64,000 bases of DNA from the human T2T-CHM13v2.0 reference genome, Homo sapiens: the NCBI RefSeq assembly GCF_009914755.1, contig NC_060929.1. One strand, written 5' to 3'. Below, in pieces: positions 14,578-28,236 of this stretch. The position numbers and the translations under genes are program-made. Position 1 is the first letter of the stretch. Each line of letters starts with the position of its first letter. The notes below the pieces were generated by a model. That model was not told the origin of the DNA. It did not search any database and worked only from the letters and a program-made list of their open reading frames with translations.

Positions 14578-15934
14578 AGATGTGTAGAAATTGATAAGGG
14601 AAAGAGGCAGGGACAGAGGTCTAGGGTGTGAGGAGGAGGGCAGACGGAAATACATGCACAAAGGTGAGGTGGTGAAGGAGGATTGTGTGAAATCCAGGAA
14701 CAGGAGAGGATCCATGGTGACCATGAGTTGGACTTGGGTCTACATATTTAGAGCAGTGGGAAGAGACACTGGAGAGTTTCATAAGGGATGGGGCAGGGGA
14801 GGTGGGGAGGAGAGAAGATGAATAAATGGTCTTTGAAAAGATCAGGAGGGACTGCACAATGCCAGAGTGGATGACAAGGGTCAAGGTCAAAAGGTGTTAA
14901 AGTCGCTTTGTAATATTCGTATGTTTTATAGTCTAATGCTGTATACATGGCTCTGTAATTTGCTCTTGTTAAACTAATACATAGTGTATATCTTTCCAAT
15001 TAATACCTCCTTTTAATAGCTGTATAGTATTTTGTTGTGCATATAAATATCTTTAATCTTATGAAGATATTTATACGTGGTCAGTTTTTTCTCTTGTGTG
15101 CAGTGCTGCTGTAACTGTTCTGGTATCCTAGGGGCAGATTCCTAGAGAAGAATTGCTGAGGGAAGGCATGTGACCTGTTTGTAGGTGCTGCCAAAGTGAC
15201 CTTGAAAAAGGTTATACTGATTTTCACTTGGGAGGACTATTTCTAACTAAATGGAATTTTATGTTTTCATAAACTAGAAAACTATACCTCACTTATAAAA
15301 TGTATTTTAAGTTTTTTCAAAAACAAATCCTGACTACTCACTTGACATTACCTTAGATGTGGGCTCATCTACTCCTGTATCTAGTGACCGTTATTCTTTT
15401 TTTCAAAAAAGAATTTTTTTCTATTTAAAAATAATAGCTTGAAAAATAGTAAACAATTAAAAATATTATTCAATATTTGTTAAAAATCTCTAGATCTAAT
15501 TTAAATATTGAAATGTGACTTCGTTACAGAACTAAAATTGTTGAGGAAAAATACCATCTTGTGAAAAACTTCAGTTATATCACAGATTGGAGTAAATCCC
15601 AATGGGAATTTTAATTTTTTAAATGAACTATATTATTTGTTCTGTCAGATAAATTGATACTTTTTAGTAGCCAATAAAATTTTGGGTAACTTAACACACA
15701 CAAAAAACAACCAAAAGACAAACAACCAAACCAAGGAACTTATAAAACCCCTGGAAACACCATGCAAGTGATTTAATATGTTAGATATATTCTAATTATG
15801 AACCACAATTCTAATTAATTCTAATTAAAAACCACAGTGTAGCTGCATTACTTCATTAATCATAGTTTCATAAACACCAAAATGAAAAGAAAAAGAGAAT
15901 AAAAGGTAGCAGTGATTTTCTTGAACAGAGGGAC

Positions 15935-16300
15935 ATACTAGTCAAAACTTTGGGTTGCAAGTGACAAAGCCTAACTCAATGAGGGCTGAGCACAAAAAGG
16001 GAATTTGCTTGCTCCAAAACTAGAAAATACAGAACAGAAGTGGCCACAGGTACTTGATCCAAACACTCAAAGGATGTTGACCGATTGTGTTCCGTCTTCC
16101 ACACTCTATTCTCCATCATTTCACCTTCCCTCATATTTTAACTCATTTCTCTCAGTGTTTCATTTCTTCTGCACGTGGCAGGCAAGATGGCTACCAGCAG
16201 TACAGGACCAGAAGATCAGAGCTTAGCACCCACAAGGGCAAGAAAGCTGCTTCTTTTTAGAGGAGACAGGGATGATTCCCAGCAAAATTGGCCCTAATCT
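15935..16300 (-). mobile_element. Old MaLR LTR fragment (MLT1K/L-like)
   Basis: tagtcaaaactttgggttgcaagtgacaaagcctaactcaa...aagggaatttgcttgctc...caagatggctaccagcag. Confidence 0.55.
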
Positions 16301-17342
16301 TAAGAAACAATTTAAGCTCTCTGAAATACACTTTCCACATTTGTAAAAGCTTTGTGAGTTTAAATGAATGTTGTATGTAACATATGAGTGCAGTGCCAGG
16401 TACAAGGCAGATGTCCAATAAATGGTAGCCCAAAAGAAAGAGAAAGTTGAGAAATGGTGTGCTTTGGAGAGGAAGACAATGAGTTTTCATGTTCTAGTGG
16501 TGTCTGAGGTGCTCATGAGAGACTTGGAAAGAAATGTCTAGCAGGCAACCAGTGACAGGGATCTGACACTTGGAGGCAACTTTTGGGAGAGATTGTGGTT
16601 AGAATCATGGGAGTTTGCTACAGATTTTAAGGCCTCTTTGCGCTGACCAAAGAAATCCTAGCTTGTAGTTACAAATATGGGTTCTGTGTTGGGAAGAGCT
16701 GAAGGGGTGGCCATGCCCTAGAGGTGGGTTGGAACAATATCTCTCCTGGGACTTTTGTGCCAAAACAGAGTTGTGTTTTTCTATTGTTCTCTCAGGAGAT
16801 TCTTGCCTAGAGCTTGGGTTGTTCCTTTTTCTTATTGCTATTTTTATCCCCTTGATGGTGTGGGTTTTTTTCTGAAATTTCACTTCATTTATTTCAAAAC
16901 AGTGCTTTAAAAAACATCATGCCATTATTATTTCCAAGTACTATGTGAGGTCACAACAGTGAACATTACAAATAGCAATGAAGCAGATTAGAGCAGTTCT
17001 TTCTGGGATCAGATTCAAGATTTATCTACAGGACAGAGGTCTCTGGAGGAATCTTTGATATCCAAAGGGTACAGTCAACTCCTAGCAGTCATTGGCAGAA
17101 TTCAGGGCAGAGAAACAACTGTGGATATATGAAGATATATGTGTAGTGTCCTGTTTGAGGGTGTAAACTACTGATTCTGAGGGGTCATTTATAGAATCTG
17201 CATAACTTTTAGTTTAATGTGGACCCCTAATTAATGGTAAATAATAATAATACCTACCACTCAGAATGCTTAGGTGATGTAAGAAGAAGTTTACCCCTGA
17301 AAGAGAAAAATGGAGGGAAATTACATTTAATAACAGGATGAG

Positions 17343-17988
17343 TGTAATAGTTTTTATCACTACTGTAACAAATCATCACAAACTTAAGAAGAGTTTAAAA
17401 CAACACAGATTTATCATCTCATACTTCTGTAAGTCAGAACCGTAGGTTGGCTAGGCTGATTTCTCTGCTTCAGGGCTCACAAAAAGGCCAGGCTGCGTTC
17501 CTTTCTGGGGGCTCTAGGGAAGAGTTCACTTCTAAGCTCATTGAGGTTGTTGGCCAAATTCAGTTTCATGTGTTTGCAGGACTGAGGTCCTCACTTTCTT
17601 GCTGGATCTTAGCCAGGGGTCTTTGTCAGCTTCTAGAGGCCACCTGGATTCTTTGGCTCATGGCCCCTTCCTCCATCTTCAAAGCCAGAAATGGTGGGTG
17701 GAGTGCCTCTCACACTCTGCATCCCTCCAGCCTCTTCTTAGGTCTCCTCCATCCTGCAGCACCTCTCTGAAGGACTCTTTTGCCTTCCTCTTCTGCTTCT
17801 AAGGGCTCATGTGATCATAATTATGCCTACCTAGGTCATCCAGAATAATCTCCCTTTTTAAAGTCAGCTCATGGGTAACCTTAATTCTGTCTGCAACACA
17901 CCTTCACAGTAGTATTTAGATTCATATTCGATTGAATAATCAGAGATGAGAATCTTGGGAGGACATCTTTAAAATTCTGCCTACCACA
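17343..17988 (-). mobile_element. MaLR solo LTR (MLT1E-like)
   Basis: ctgtaacaaatcatcacaaactta...ctcattgaggttgttggccaaattcagtt...ggccccttcctccatcttcaaagccag...aattctgcctaccaca. Confidence 0.8.
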
Positions 17989-18150
17989 GTGGGTTAAATG
18001 GGATTGACAGAGCTTCTTCCCCAGTGGATCTCTATAGGGCTTTTTAGAAGTTCTTATGGTTCTTTCAGAATTTAGGACATTTTCTATGATTATATTAACA
18101 GAATTGAAGAGTCTGATCTACATAGACCCGCAAGAGAGTCAAAAATATAC

Positions 18151-18258
18151 TGTGTATGTGTGTGTGTATGTTTGTGTGTATATGTGTGTGCATGTGTGTG
18201 TGTGTGAGAGAGAGAGAGAGCGAGAGAGTGGCGTGAGTGAGAGAGAGAGAGAGAGAGA
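18151..18258. repeat. Compound (TG)n(AG)n microsatellite
   Basis: Direct reading of interrupted TG then AG dinucleotide runs. Confidence 0.95.
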
Positions 18259-18435
18259 AAGAGGAGTATGCCCAAACCGGGGAAGCCAGTCTGGCAGATG
18301 GTGTAATTTTAAGGCCTGGCTGGGTGGTCAGCACCAGCATGAGTCTGCATCTGCTGCAGTTAGTAGAAGCAAGAGCTGTAGGAAGGAAGAAAGCCAGTGG
18401 ATTTTTCTGGTTGGTTCTTGGATATGTTCAGGAGG

Positions 18436-18814
18436 TGTTACGGGCTGAACTATTTTATCCCCCAATTCATATATTGCAGCTCTAACTCCTGGTCCCTATG
18501 AATGTGACTATATTTGGAGATGGGGTCTTTAAAGAGGTAACTGAATTAAAATAAAGTCATTCAGGTGGCCCTTAATCCAATACTGTTTGTGTTCTTTTAA
18601 GAAGAGGAAATTAAGACACAGAGATGTACAGAGGACACCATTTGAAGACACAGAGAGAAGATGGCCACCTAAAAGCCCAGGGCAGAGGCCTCAGAAGAAA
18701 TCATCTCTTTGATCTTGGACTCTCGGCCTCCAGAATCATGAGAAAATAAATGTCTGTTATTTAAGTCACTCAGTATGTGGTACTTTGTTATGGCAGCCCT
18801 AGTGGACTAATAGA
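18436..18814 (+). mobile_element. MaLR solo LTR (MLT1A-like) with 5-bp TSD
   Basis: tgttacgggctgaac...tatttggagatggggtctttaaagaggtaa...ctttgttatggcagccctagtggactaata. TSD ggagg at 18431-18435 and 18815-18819. Confidence 0.85.
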
Positions 18815-21049
18815 GGAGGATTCGTTTCCACAAGGAAGGCTGAAATCTTGACCAGGGAGAAGCTGGTAGCTCCAGCCTGCAGCAACTATCTTTCCTTCAT
18901 CTGGTGGCAGCTGGGGTTTTCTCAGCTAGCATGGACCTAGAAAGAATTCTAGTAGCTGCCCACATCCACTCTGGGGTTCATAATGGTGGGCTCTGGCCAT
19001 TCCCACTCCAGACACCTGTCACGAGTATTTGGGTTGAGGGCACATGCTCCGAGTGGATGTAGGATGGAAGTGGTCTCTTTCTTGGTGATTTCAGGGCCTG
19101 CTTAGCAACGGGGTGTGGGCAACTTGCTGCGCATACTCTGGCTTCTTTATTATCTTGTCCTCTAGGGCCCTGCAACCCACAGTCTTGCGATTTTGGCAGA
19201 AGGGCTGTGGCATGCCTAGTTTTGGAATGAAAGGAATACTGGGGAAAGGTCAGGTAGTCTGAGTTCCTATCCCAACATTGTAAATGATTAGAAATTTTAC
19301 TGTGGGCACATTGCTACTTTTCTTCATCTGTAAAATGAAATGGTTGCATTCCAGAATTCTGTGATTCTGTGAATCATTGGTAGATATAGATTACCTAGAT
19401 GGTTTAAAATATGAAATCTGAGAAACACCACCATATAAAGTTGAAGCTCAAACTCAAACTTCTCTTCCTAGGAAGTGTGGAGAGCTTCATAACTTCCATG
19501 CTGTGGTGCTTCTACTGGTGAATTTCATTTAGTTATTCATTTGTTGTAGCTAAAAAGAAAGATTTCACAATAACCACTTCTTGGACAGGATTAAAGTTCA
19601 ACTCAGGAAATCTCAAAGTTTGGCTACTAATTCGCTTTCTATTTTTAACCACACTTCATTTCACAGAATAATATTTTCCTCTGTGTCTGAGTGGTGCTCT
19701 AGAAACAGAATTTAGTAATGAAAACCTGCTTCTCAAAAGCCCTGTTGCTCTAATGAGTACCTACCCTGAAGGGTATGCCCAAGTTCAAGGTATGGAACTC
19801 TGAGCATGTAAAATTTTCATCTGTTGTTAATTATTGCTGTATGTATTCAGTTTTCTGAAGTCAGATGGTTTGTAGTAAGACATTGAAGTTTTATGTCCAG
19901 TAAATATTTGTATACACATCCCCCAAATGTGTAGAATAAACAGAATGATTTTCAACTTTCTGTAAATTAAGGTTATTTTGAATTTGAAAATGCTTGAGAA
20001 GGAAAACAAGCCTCTCGGTGAAACTGGGAGGCTTAATTTGTGCTCATCTTCCTTAGGATTTCCTTTGCAAAGTCGAGAACATGAAGTGCAGGGTCTGGAT
20101 GTGAAACTACAAGTTTTTGCTTGGGTAAAATTTCTATGAGCTTTGGCCTACTCTCTAATTGGAATGTGAAATTTTGAGCAAGTCCATCCAAATTTTATTA
20201 ATTTGGCAGACCATTATACCTTAATGAAAAATGAACAAAATTTGCAGTTTTTGACATAGAAAATATTTTACCTCTAGACCATGAACCTCTTTGGAAAAAT
20301 TGTATTTCTTCGATGAGGTGTACTTGATGATAAATTTGGGAGCTCTCACACACCCAAATGTATAATTTGTAGTTGGTCATCTTTTGTTTATTGATATTAT
20401 TCCAAAACTTCTCAAATCTTTTTTTTTTGTCACCATGGAGTGGTTCTCGTAGATTTTAAGCAAAAGTTGAAGAGAAAGCTATGATTTCTAGTGAATGAAA
20501 AAATAATTGTTAAATTTTTTTTTGAAAACAATTGTTAGGTAAGAGCTTATAATTAAGGACCAATTCTAAGAGCAGGAAAATGAGGGAGAACTAGCCATTT
20601 ACTATAGCAACTGGAGTAAAAACAGAAAATGAAAAGGTTTTCTGTAGCCTCAGGTACAATTGAGAGAAGTGTTGTCAGCAGGGGTTTAGGTTTGAAAATC
20701 GAGGACTTTCTTTTGATCCTCTGGTACTAAATTGAAAGAGTTTCGCTGGATCCCCAAAAGGCCTTACATTAACAGGAGGCTGCCACTCATGAGCTTGTGA
20801 GTGGGGTGGGGGTAGGGGTTGGGGAAGAGTTGGGAGGATGTACCTATAAATAATGAATTAGAATGCAAAGTCATGTGAAAAACGTGCTATCTTGAGTGAC
20901 ACACTTATTGATGAGAGGTGGAAGGAGGAGCTAATGATGGTTTTTGACTAAGGCAATTGAGGAAGTTTCTGTGGGGAGGTGGCATTTTATTGGGGCCTTA
21001 AAGAATGAATAGTAGTTGATAAACACAGGTAAATTTAAAAAAATAACAA

Positions 21050-21250
21050 TGACAGGAACTAAAATGTGCACATTAGGCATTGTGCTAAGCTCATTTAAAT
21101 GTATTATCTCTTAAACCTTACAAAAACTCCATGGTACATGTAATTATCATCCCCATCTTAAAGGTAAGGAAACTCAGGTAAAGATAATTTGACCAATATG
21201 ACACAAGTGCATTTGAATTAAGATATGTTGATTCAAGCAACTGGGCTCTT
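21050..21250 (-). mobile_element. MIR
   Basis: aggcattgtgctaagc...attatctc...atcatccccatcttaaaggtaaggaaactcagg. Confidence 0.6.
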
Positions 21251-21299
21251 TCCAGGAGAGGGGGCAATTTACAAGGAGGAGACACCTTCATCAAAGAGC

Positions 21300-22050
21300 C
21301 AGATGAGCAATTTTTTATGTGGCTTACATATAGGAAATTTGGGGCAATGAAGTGAGAGAGTTAGAAATGAGGTTGAGGCCAGATGGCAGAGCCCTGAATA
21401 TTATTCTAAGGACTTTTTTTTTTTTTCAGGCAATGTGGAGACACTCAGGGTTTTCGAGTGGGAGGGTAGTGTGATTTAACTAGTGATTGTAGGATAAGTC
21501 TGGTAGCAGCCAGAAAGATGGATTTGAGAAGGGAGAGTTTGGAGGTTAGGGAGACAGTTCCACAATAACTGTGGCACGCATGTGCGAGGATGAGGAAAAA
21601 AGCCAAGGCATGGCTAGTGGGAGGGAGCAGGGGCAGAGCTGAGGGCCATTGCAGGAGTGGAGCTGGCTGGGTATTGTAATTGCTTGTGTGGAGGGGTGAG
21701 GAGGAAGAGTTTCAGTTTCCTCTCTTTGGAATATAGTGATACCATTGACATAGGAGTACAGAAGCAAGAATTGGGGAGGAAGAATATGTGTTGGGTTTGA
21801 AGTGTGTTGAGCTTGGAACAAATATCCAGATAGAGATGTCCAAAGGGAATTTGGAAAATCTGGGCCTAGGACAGAGTAAGAGAATTTGGCAGACACAACA
21901 TAAACATAAAAGTTGAACCATGGAACAGAATGGAGGACAAAACAGAGGCAGACCAAGCTTAGATCCCAGCAAAATGCCTGGATTTAAAGGAGTAGGTGGA
22001 AGAATAGAAAGCAGTGGGGGAAAATGTAAAAGGTGTGGTCATAAGCTTAA
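21300..22050 (-). mobile_element. L2 LINE fragment
   Basis: Purine-rich degenerate L2 (gaggccagat...aggcaatgtggagacact...gatggatttgagaaggg...gggtttgaagtgtgttgagctt). Confidence 0.6.
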
Positions 22051-23091
22051 GGGCAAACATCCTGAGTTTATAAGTGCCTAGTGGGCAGTGACAATGTCTT
22101 AATAATTTGGCTCCTTGGCTTCAGTTAGTGGTGCCTTCTGCATAATGGGAGCCCTATGGGTACTTGCTGGATTGAGTTGCATATTTCTGCTCTGAGGAAC
22201 TAGAATGGAATAGGCTCTGTAGAAAGGGTTATGTGTGTCCCTTGAGCTATCCCAGGAGTGACACAGTGAAGGACAAACCATCCTCGTGACCAATTCCATA
22301 TTAGTGTCGTTCATATGTTTTTGAATATTTCCTTTTTACAGATGTAACAATAGGGATTATCAGACCCAAGAAAACAAACAAGTGGTATCAAGGCAGGAAA
22401 CACACACATGCCCAATTATGGCACCAGATTTTAAGAAAAGAAGCATCCCAGGGGGTTGGAAAGGCAGGTGGAGAGAAGTAAGTGATGGATTTAGAGTGAA
22501 CTATTGACTGAGAAAGCCAGTGACTGTTCTGTTTCTTAGATATAAAATGAAGACTGTAATGACCTTTTCATGACATATACTTGACAATTATACTAATTGT
22601 TTAATAACGCAGGGGGTGTATTTACAGAAAAACTTGGTGGTGATAGCTTTAAAATGGCCTTCCTGTCACTGGAAATCATCATGAACATATTTATATAAGA
22701 GAGCTTGAAATGATGTGGTAAACAGCTTTTCAGTGTGATATTTCTAAATTCAATGAGAAATTAGGGAGGATTGATGCAATCCACCAGGCTAGTCTAGGCT
22801 CCAGACCTCATGGAGAGCTGAGCTAATGGGTAGGACGGAATATAACTTAACCCCAAGGCTGAGGACAAGGGCTGAAGTGGCAGATTTTGGACATATATTG
22901 ACTATTGCATAATGGGAGAAAACGGCTGTGACCAGATCTGTGCTTTATTTTCTGCTCTCTGCACTAGAAGGTCTGATAACAGTGTGTGTGGTTTATGCCC
23001 GAGTGCAGCTGACTCAGGCAGCGGCAGACTTTGAGTCAGTGTTTAAAGGTAAGAGATGATGCTGTTGGCCAGAAGCAATTTCATTTAGGAT

Positions 23092-23281
23092 TAGTGTTGT
23101 CAGATAAAATACAAGATGCCCACTTAAATGTGAACTTTAGCAAAACAACAAAAATTTTTAGTGTAACTCTGTCTCATGCAACATTTAGGACATACATATA
23201 CAAAAAATTACTTGTTGCTTATCTAAATTTCAAATTTAAGTGGGTGTTGTATGTTTTTATTTGCTAAATCTGGCAATGCCA
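23092..23281. mobile_element. MER53 palindromic non-autonomous DNA transposon
   Basis: tagtgttgtcagataaaatacaagatgcccacttaaat ... atttaagtgggtgttgtatgtttttatttgctaaatctggcaa. Long imperfect inverted repeat. Confidence 0.8.
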
Positions 23282-23495
23282 CGTAGGACTGAGTCTTGTT
23301 ACTGTGAGGTTGCTTTTCTCTTCTATTAGTGCAAACCAGGATCTGGCCTAGGGTGCCAGGAAAACTATTTTATTTTCAAATGTTTGAGTTGGTCCTGGAG
23401 AACTTCTGTGTGTATCAGCTGTGAAGGTGAGAAATTGACTGAGAATTGGCAGGTTTGAAGATAATTAAGATACTTCTGGCTTTGACTTTATAGAA

Positions 23496-24238
23496 ATTTT
23501 TTTATTGTGGTAAAATATACATAACATGAAGTTTACCCTTTTACCCATTTTTAAGTGTGCAATCCCTTGGCATTAAGTACATTCACATTGTTGTGCAATC
23601 AACATCAGTATCCATCCCCAGAACCTTTTCACTTTCCAAAGCTGAAGGTCTATAACAATTAAATAATAATTCCCATTCCCTACTCACCCTAGTGTCTGGC
23701 AATCACCATTCTACTTTCTCTCTCTATGAATTATTTGACTATTTCGGGTACCTCATATTAGTGGAATCATACAATATTTGTCCTTTTGTTGGGCTTAATT
23801 TATGTGTTTGGCTTAGCATAATGTCCTCAAGGTTTATCCATGTTGTAGAATTGTATTAGAATTCCATTCCTTTTTGAGGCTGAGTAATATTCCAATATAT
23901 ACATATAACACATTTTGTTTATCCATTCATCTGTCAATGGTCATTTGGGTTGTTTCCACATTTTAGCTATCGTGAATAATGCTGCTGTGAACTTTGGTGG
24001 ACAAATATTTGTTTAAGTCTCTGCTTTCAATGTGTTGAATATATATCTAGAAGTAGAATTGCTGGATTATATGGTGATTCAGTGTTTAGTTTTTTAATGA
24101 AACTCTACACCTTTTTCCACAGTGGCTGCACCATTTGGGTTGTCACCAACAATGCACAAGCTTTCCAATTTTCCCACATCCTCCCCAGCACTCATTATTT
24201 TCTAGTTTTTGAGTAATAGCTATCCCAATAGGTCTGTG
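23496..24238 (-). mobile_element. L1MB-class 3' end
   Basis: ttttattgtggtaaaatatacataacat...gcattaagtacattcacattgttgtgcaa...gtacctcatattagtggaatcatacaatatttgtcc. Confidence 0.85.
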
Positions 24239-24249
24239 TAGATGTAATC

Positions 24250-24546
24250 TTTTTTTTTTTTTTTTGAAATGGAGTCTTCCTCTGTCATCAGGCTGGAGTG
24301 TAGTGGCACGATCTTGGCTCACTGCAACTTCTGGAGACCTGGGTTCCAGTGATTCCCCTGCCTCAGGCTCCTGAGGAGCTGGGACTACAGGCGCGTGCCA
24401 CCATACCTGGCTAATTTTTTGTATTTTAGTAGAGACGGGGTTTCTCCATGTTGGCCAGAATGGTCTCGATCTCCTGACCTTATGATCTGCCCACGTTGGC
24501 CTCCCAAAGTGCTGGGGATTACAGGCGTGAGCCACTGTACGTGGCC
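24250..24546 (-). mobile_element. AluS (AluSc-like)
   Basis: Full dimer. TSD tagatgtaat at 24239 and 24548. Confidence 0.93.
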
Positions 24547-26277
24547 ATAGATGTAATTTTTAAGGATGGTTTGTGGCTTCTGCTCCTAGTTTAAATAAAA
24601 ATATTTCACTCCTTCTTGCTCTGGAATCACAGTGGCCATTGGCACTGGCATAAAATTATGTATTCACTGCATAAGACATGTCTACAAGGTTAGGAAATGG
24701 ATTTCCCAGAGTGGCTTTTAAAGGGGCTATGAAGATAGTATCAAAAAGAAGAGCTCTAGAAAAGTTTCCAACAGTGATAGCAGCGTTGGACTAAGCACAT
24801 ACCCCTCGTTTTCTTTGCAAGACACAGAGTGCTTCTCTTTATGCAAGTTCTGGTTTGTTTGCTGAAACACGCACTCGCACTCAAACACATGCATCATGAT
24901 TTTGTCGTCATATCTCACAGACCCACACCAAGGAATCTGAATCAATTCTTGGAATAGACCTAGTATCTTTTTCTGGATGTTAGTTCCCAACATATTCTGA
25001 ATTTTCAGTAATAACACCCAGGGTGGCAGTATCACAGACAGAAGTGAGCTTAATTCAGGTTTGGGACAGAATCTGATTACTCTCATATCCAGTTATTAAC
25101 CACCTTTCAGATAATAGAGGATGACTGTTCCCATGGCAACAGAAGCCTTAAAGCAAGAGATCACTCAGCAGCCTGACGTTTTTAAAAAGCTCCACACTGA
25201 TTTAACCTACTGGTGAAGGGAACCAAGAACCAAGGTCAAATATAGCCTCCATGGCAGGGTTTTTTCCTTTTTACTCCATCAGCGCTTCCTTTTCCCCGTA
25301 ATTCTTCAAAAGAAATCAGTCTAGTGCTATCTTCCCTGTCTTCTGGCCTCTTCCAGGCCCGTTTCCCAACATCCTGGTGTGTATATGTGTTTGTATATCT
25401 GTTCATATTCTGTCTGCCTTACTCATTTCTATGTCAATCTAGACTCATGTCCTTCATAGCTATTAATCCATCATTCAAGGTGCACTTTTAGCTCAGAATT
25501 GAATAACCCACCAGAATAAAAAAGATTCCACTATTAAACATCTTTTGAGCAGGGCTTTTTGGATTGCTTGTTAAGCAGAAGTCAAATTTTCTTAGCTGCT
25601 CTTTCTTTTGTTTCATCATGAAAATATTTCTCATGAGTGAACACTTCTGATTTGGATTGGTACTAGTGGCATGTCTCATTGTTGTGCCTTTACTTGTGAG
25701 TGAACATTCTGAGCTGCCTGCCTGCAGATTCCAGTGACAAACGCTATGTTATTTTTAGTACCCTCAGTCATACTGAATAAATCCAATCTTATTTACATAA
25801 TATATAAGGCTGAACTCATGGTTTGCTTTATGCTTTTAATGTCACAAGCAGACAATGATATGAACAATTGCACACTCCGTGTATGTGGACACAGTTTTTG
25901 TTGAATCAGATAGATTTACTGAGAGAATGGATCTGATGTGTTAGAGGTTTGCCTAACAGACATTTGGCAAATACCCATAAATGATTGCCAGTGGCATTAC
26001 TTTTACCTAGAAAATGTTAATTCGTTGACACCTACAAACAGTGAATCTTGAGTTTTTCTTGAGACCGTGTTCCCTTTAAAGTGGACATACACAAATGAAA
26101 TGTGCATGAAATCTCTCTCTTTCCCCTTCCTCTCACAGCATGCATGTATTCCAGAAGCACTTAGACCAGGTAAAGAGCAAGGATCTTGATTTTAACTATT
26201 CAGGCCTTAGTTTTTTCCTGACCATGGAAGCAGGAGGGAGAGCATGAAGCCATGATCTTGAGTCAGTTGAGGGATAA

Positions 26278-26677
<400 letters not shown>

Positions 26678-27679
26678 GACACTATCTCTAGCCAAGCCTG
26701 CAGTTTTAAAATGAACTGGGTTGAGTCTTAAATAATGAAATAAATCTATCTTCATGACAGTATGTAACTGAAAAGTTATGAGGTAGTCTAAGATATTATT
26801 TCAGGAGCTTCTCATCCCATAGGAGATGGGAGCTTGACAGGATTGTTGGTCACATTTACTGGAAATAGAATTGTATCATGTTCAGGTCTAGCGTGGAGAC
26901 TCTTCACCAACCTCCTTTCATCTCTTTGTCTGGGTCCTCCTTCCCTCACCTGAAAAATCTCTTAGTAGCACGTCTAGTTATTTCATCTTGGTCATCCAAC
27001 CATGAAAGACTTGAGGGACTCCATTCCATGGAAACACTGAGATTAAGCACTGTTGATAAGATAACAGACCTGAGTTCTGGAAAACAAACATTAATTTATT
27101 AAACTTGCCAGTCAAGTGAGCCCTGCATTTGGGAACAGTTCCCCCAGCTATGCTTGAGCAGAGCTAATACATGTTACTAGGGAAGCACAGATGGTTCTGA
27201 TTAACAGAAGTGGTGACAAGGAAACTGATGGACTCCTAGACCAAGACAGAGCTGCTTTAACACACTCAGCATTCCATCTGTCTTAGGTTAAAGCTGGTTT
27301 ATTTTGGTTTTGCAGGTCCTGATATGATTTCAAACAGCAAAGTTTCTCGAGGGAAGAGATTCTAATGCATAAGGCTCTTCAATACTATGTCCTTGATGCT
27401 GATTTGATTTAAAGAACATGATTATTAAGGCTGTGTCCTTGATGCTTGCTAGCAGAAGCCCTTTAACAGTTTCACAGCACGACAACTGTATGTGAAGGAG
27501 GCAGGATATGCAGGGGAGGTGGGGGAAGCCTGGCTAGGGACAGTGGCAGGCAGCAGAGAGAAACATGTTGAAAAGGGATCCTAGACCACAGCCACATAAA
27601 TGTGCTTGTGCAAAAGAATGGAGAGGGGAATGCTTGCCCTCGCCTGAAGGCAGGGTGGACACTGGGTCTCCACCGCATC

Positions 27680-27751
27680 CCCCAAGCTTTGCATGGTACC
27701 TGGCATGGGGCAAATGCTCTCTAAGCATTCGATGGATGAATGAATGAATGA
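27680..27751 (+). mobile_element. L2 3' terminus with (TGAA)n tail
   Basis: gtacctggcatggggcaaatgctc...gatggatgaatgaatgaatga. Confidence 0.6.
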
Positions 27752-28170
27752 TAGGAAGATGGGGAAAACAGTCTGACAGGAGAACAATTTAAGACAGTGA
27801 AGGGTTCAAGGCCTGAGGCTGTGGCTGGGAGAAGATGATGAGAGCTTAGGTTCCCTGGCCTGGGTCATTCCTGAGACACAGATTTCATAGCCCCTTGCCC
27901 CTAATACATTCACACCAAGTGATGACTGATGTCAGGGTGAACTTTGCTTTCACAGAGGAGTTGTAGGGAGGGGTGAGGAGTGGAGAGGAGAAATCACTGG
28001 ATTCTAGGTTCCTAAAGGGGTTGATGGAAAATGAGTGAAAACAAGTCCCCCTGTCTTTTTTGAACCACTGTACACTTAACCTGCTCCAGGTACTCTGCTA
28101 GACCCTTCAGACACTATCTCTAGTCCTTATAGCAAGCCTCTGCAGTTACAGTAGCGAAACTCATATTACC

Positions 28171-28236
28171 AACCAATGAGGGAGGGGCCTGTGACTTCCC
28201 TAGGCTCGCATAGACGATAGGGACAGGCTGACGTCA
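28171..28236 (+). promoter_or_regulatory. Candidate promoter module: NF-Y CCAAT box, GGGAGGGG and full CRE inside a degenerate MIR
   Basis: AACCAATGAG at 28171-28180 fits RRCCAATSR, GGGAGGGG at 28180-28187, TGACGTCA at 28229-28236. Motif-only evidence. Confidence 0.35.

Noticed and set aside
18056-18485. 130-aa ORF with VCVC/ERER repeats
   Set aside because: Produced by the (TG)n(AG)n microsatellite.
23092-23281. Long hairpin as a novel ncRNA or pre-miRNA
   Set aside because: Explained by the palindromic MER53 element. No independent evidence of processing.
24727-25086. 119-aa minus ORF (similarly 13716-14120, 52561-52833, 59479-59898)
   Set aside because: No recognisable domain or exon structure. 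Lengths are within chance expectation for 64 kb with alternative starts.
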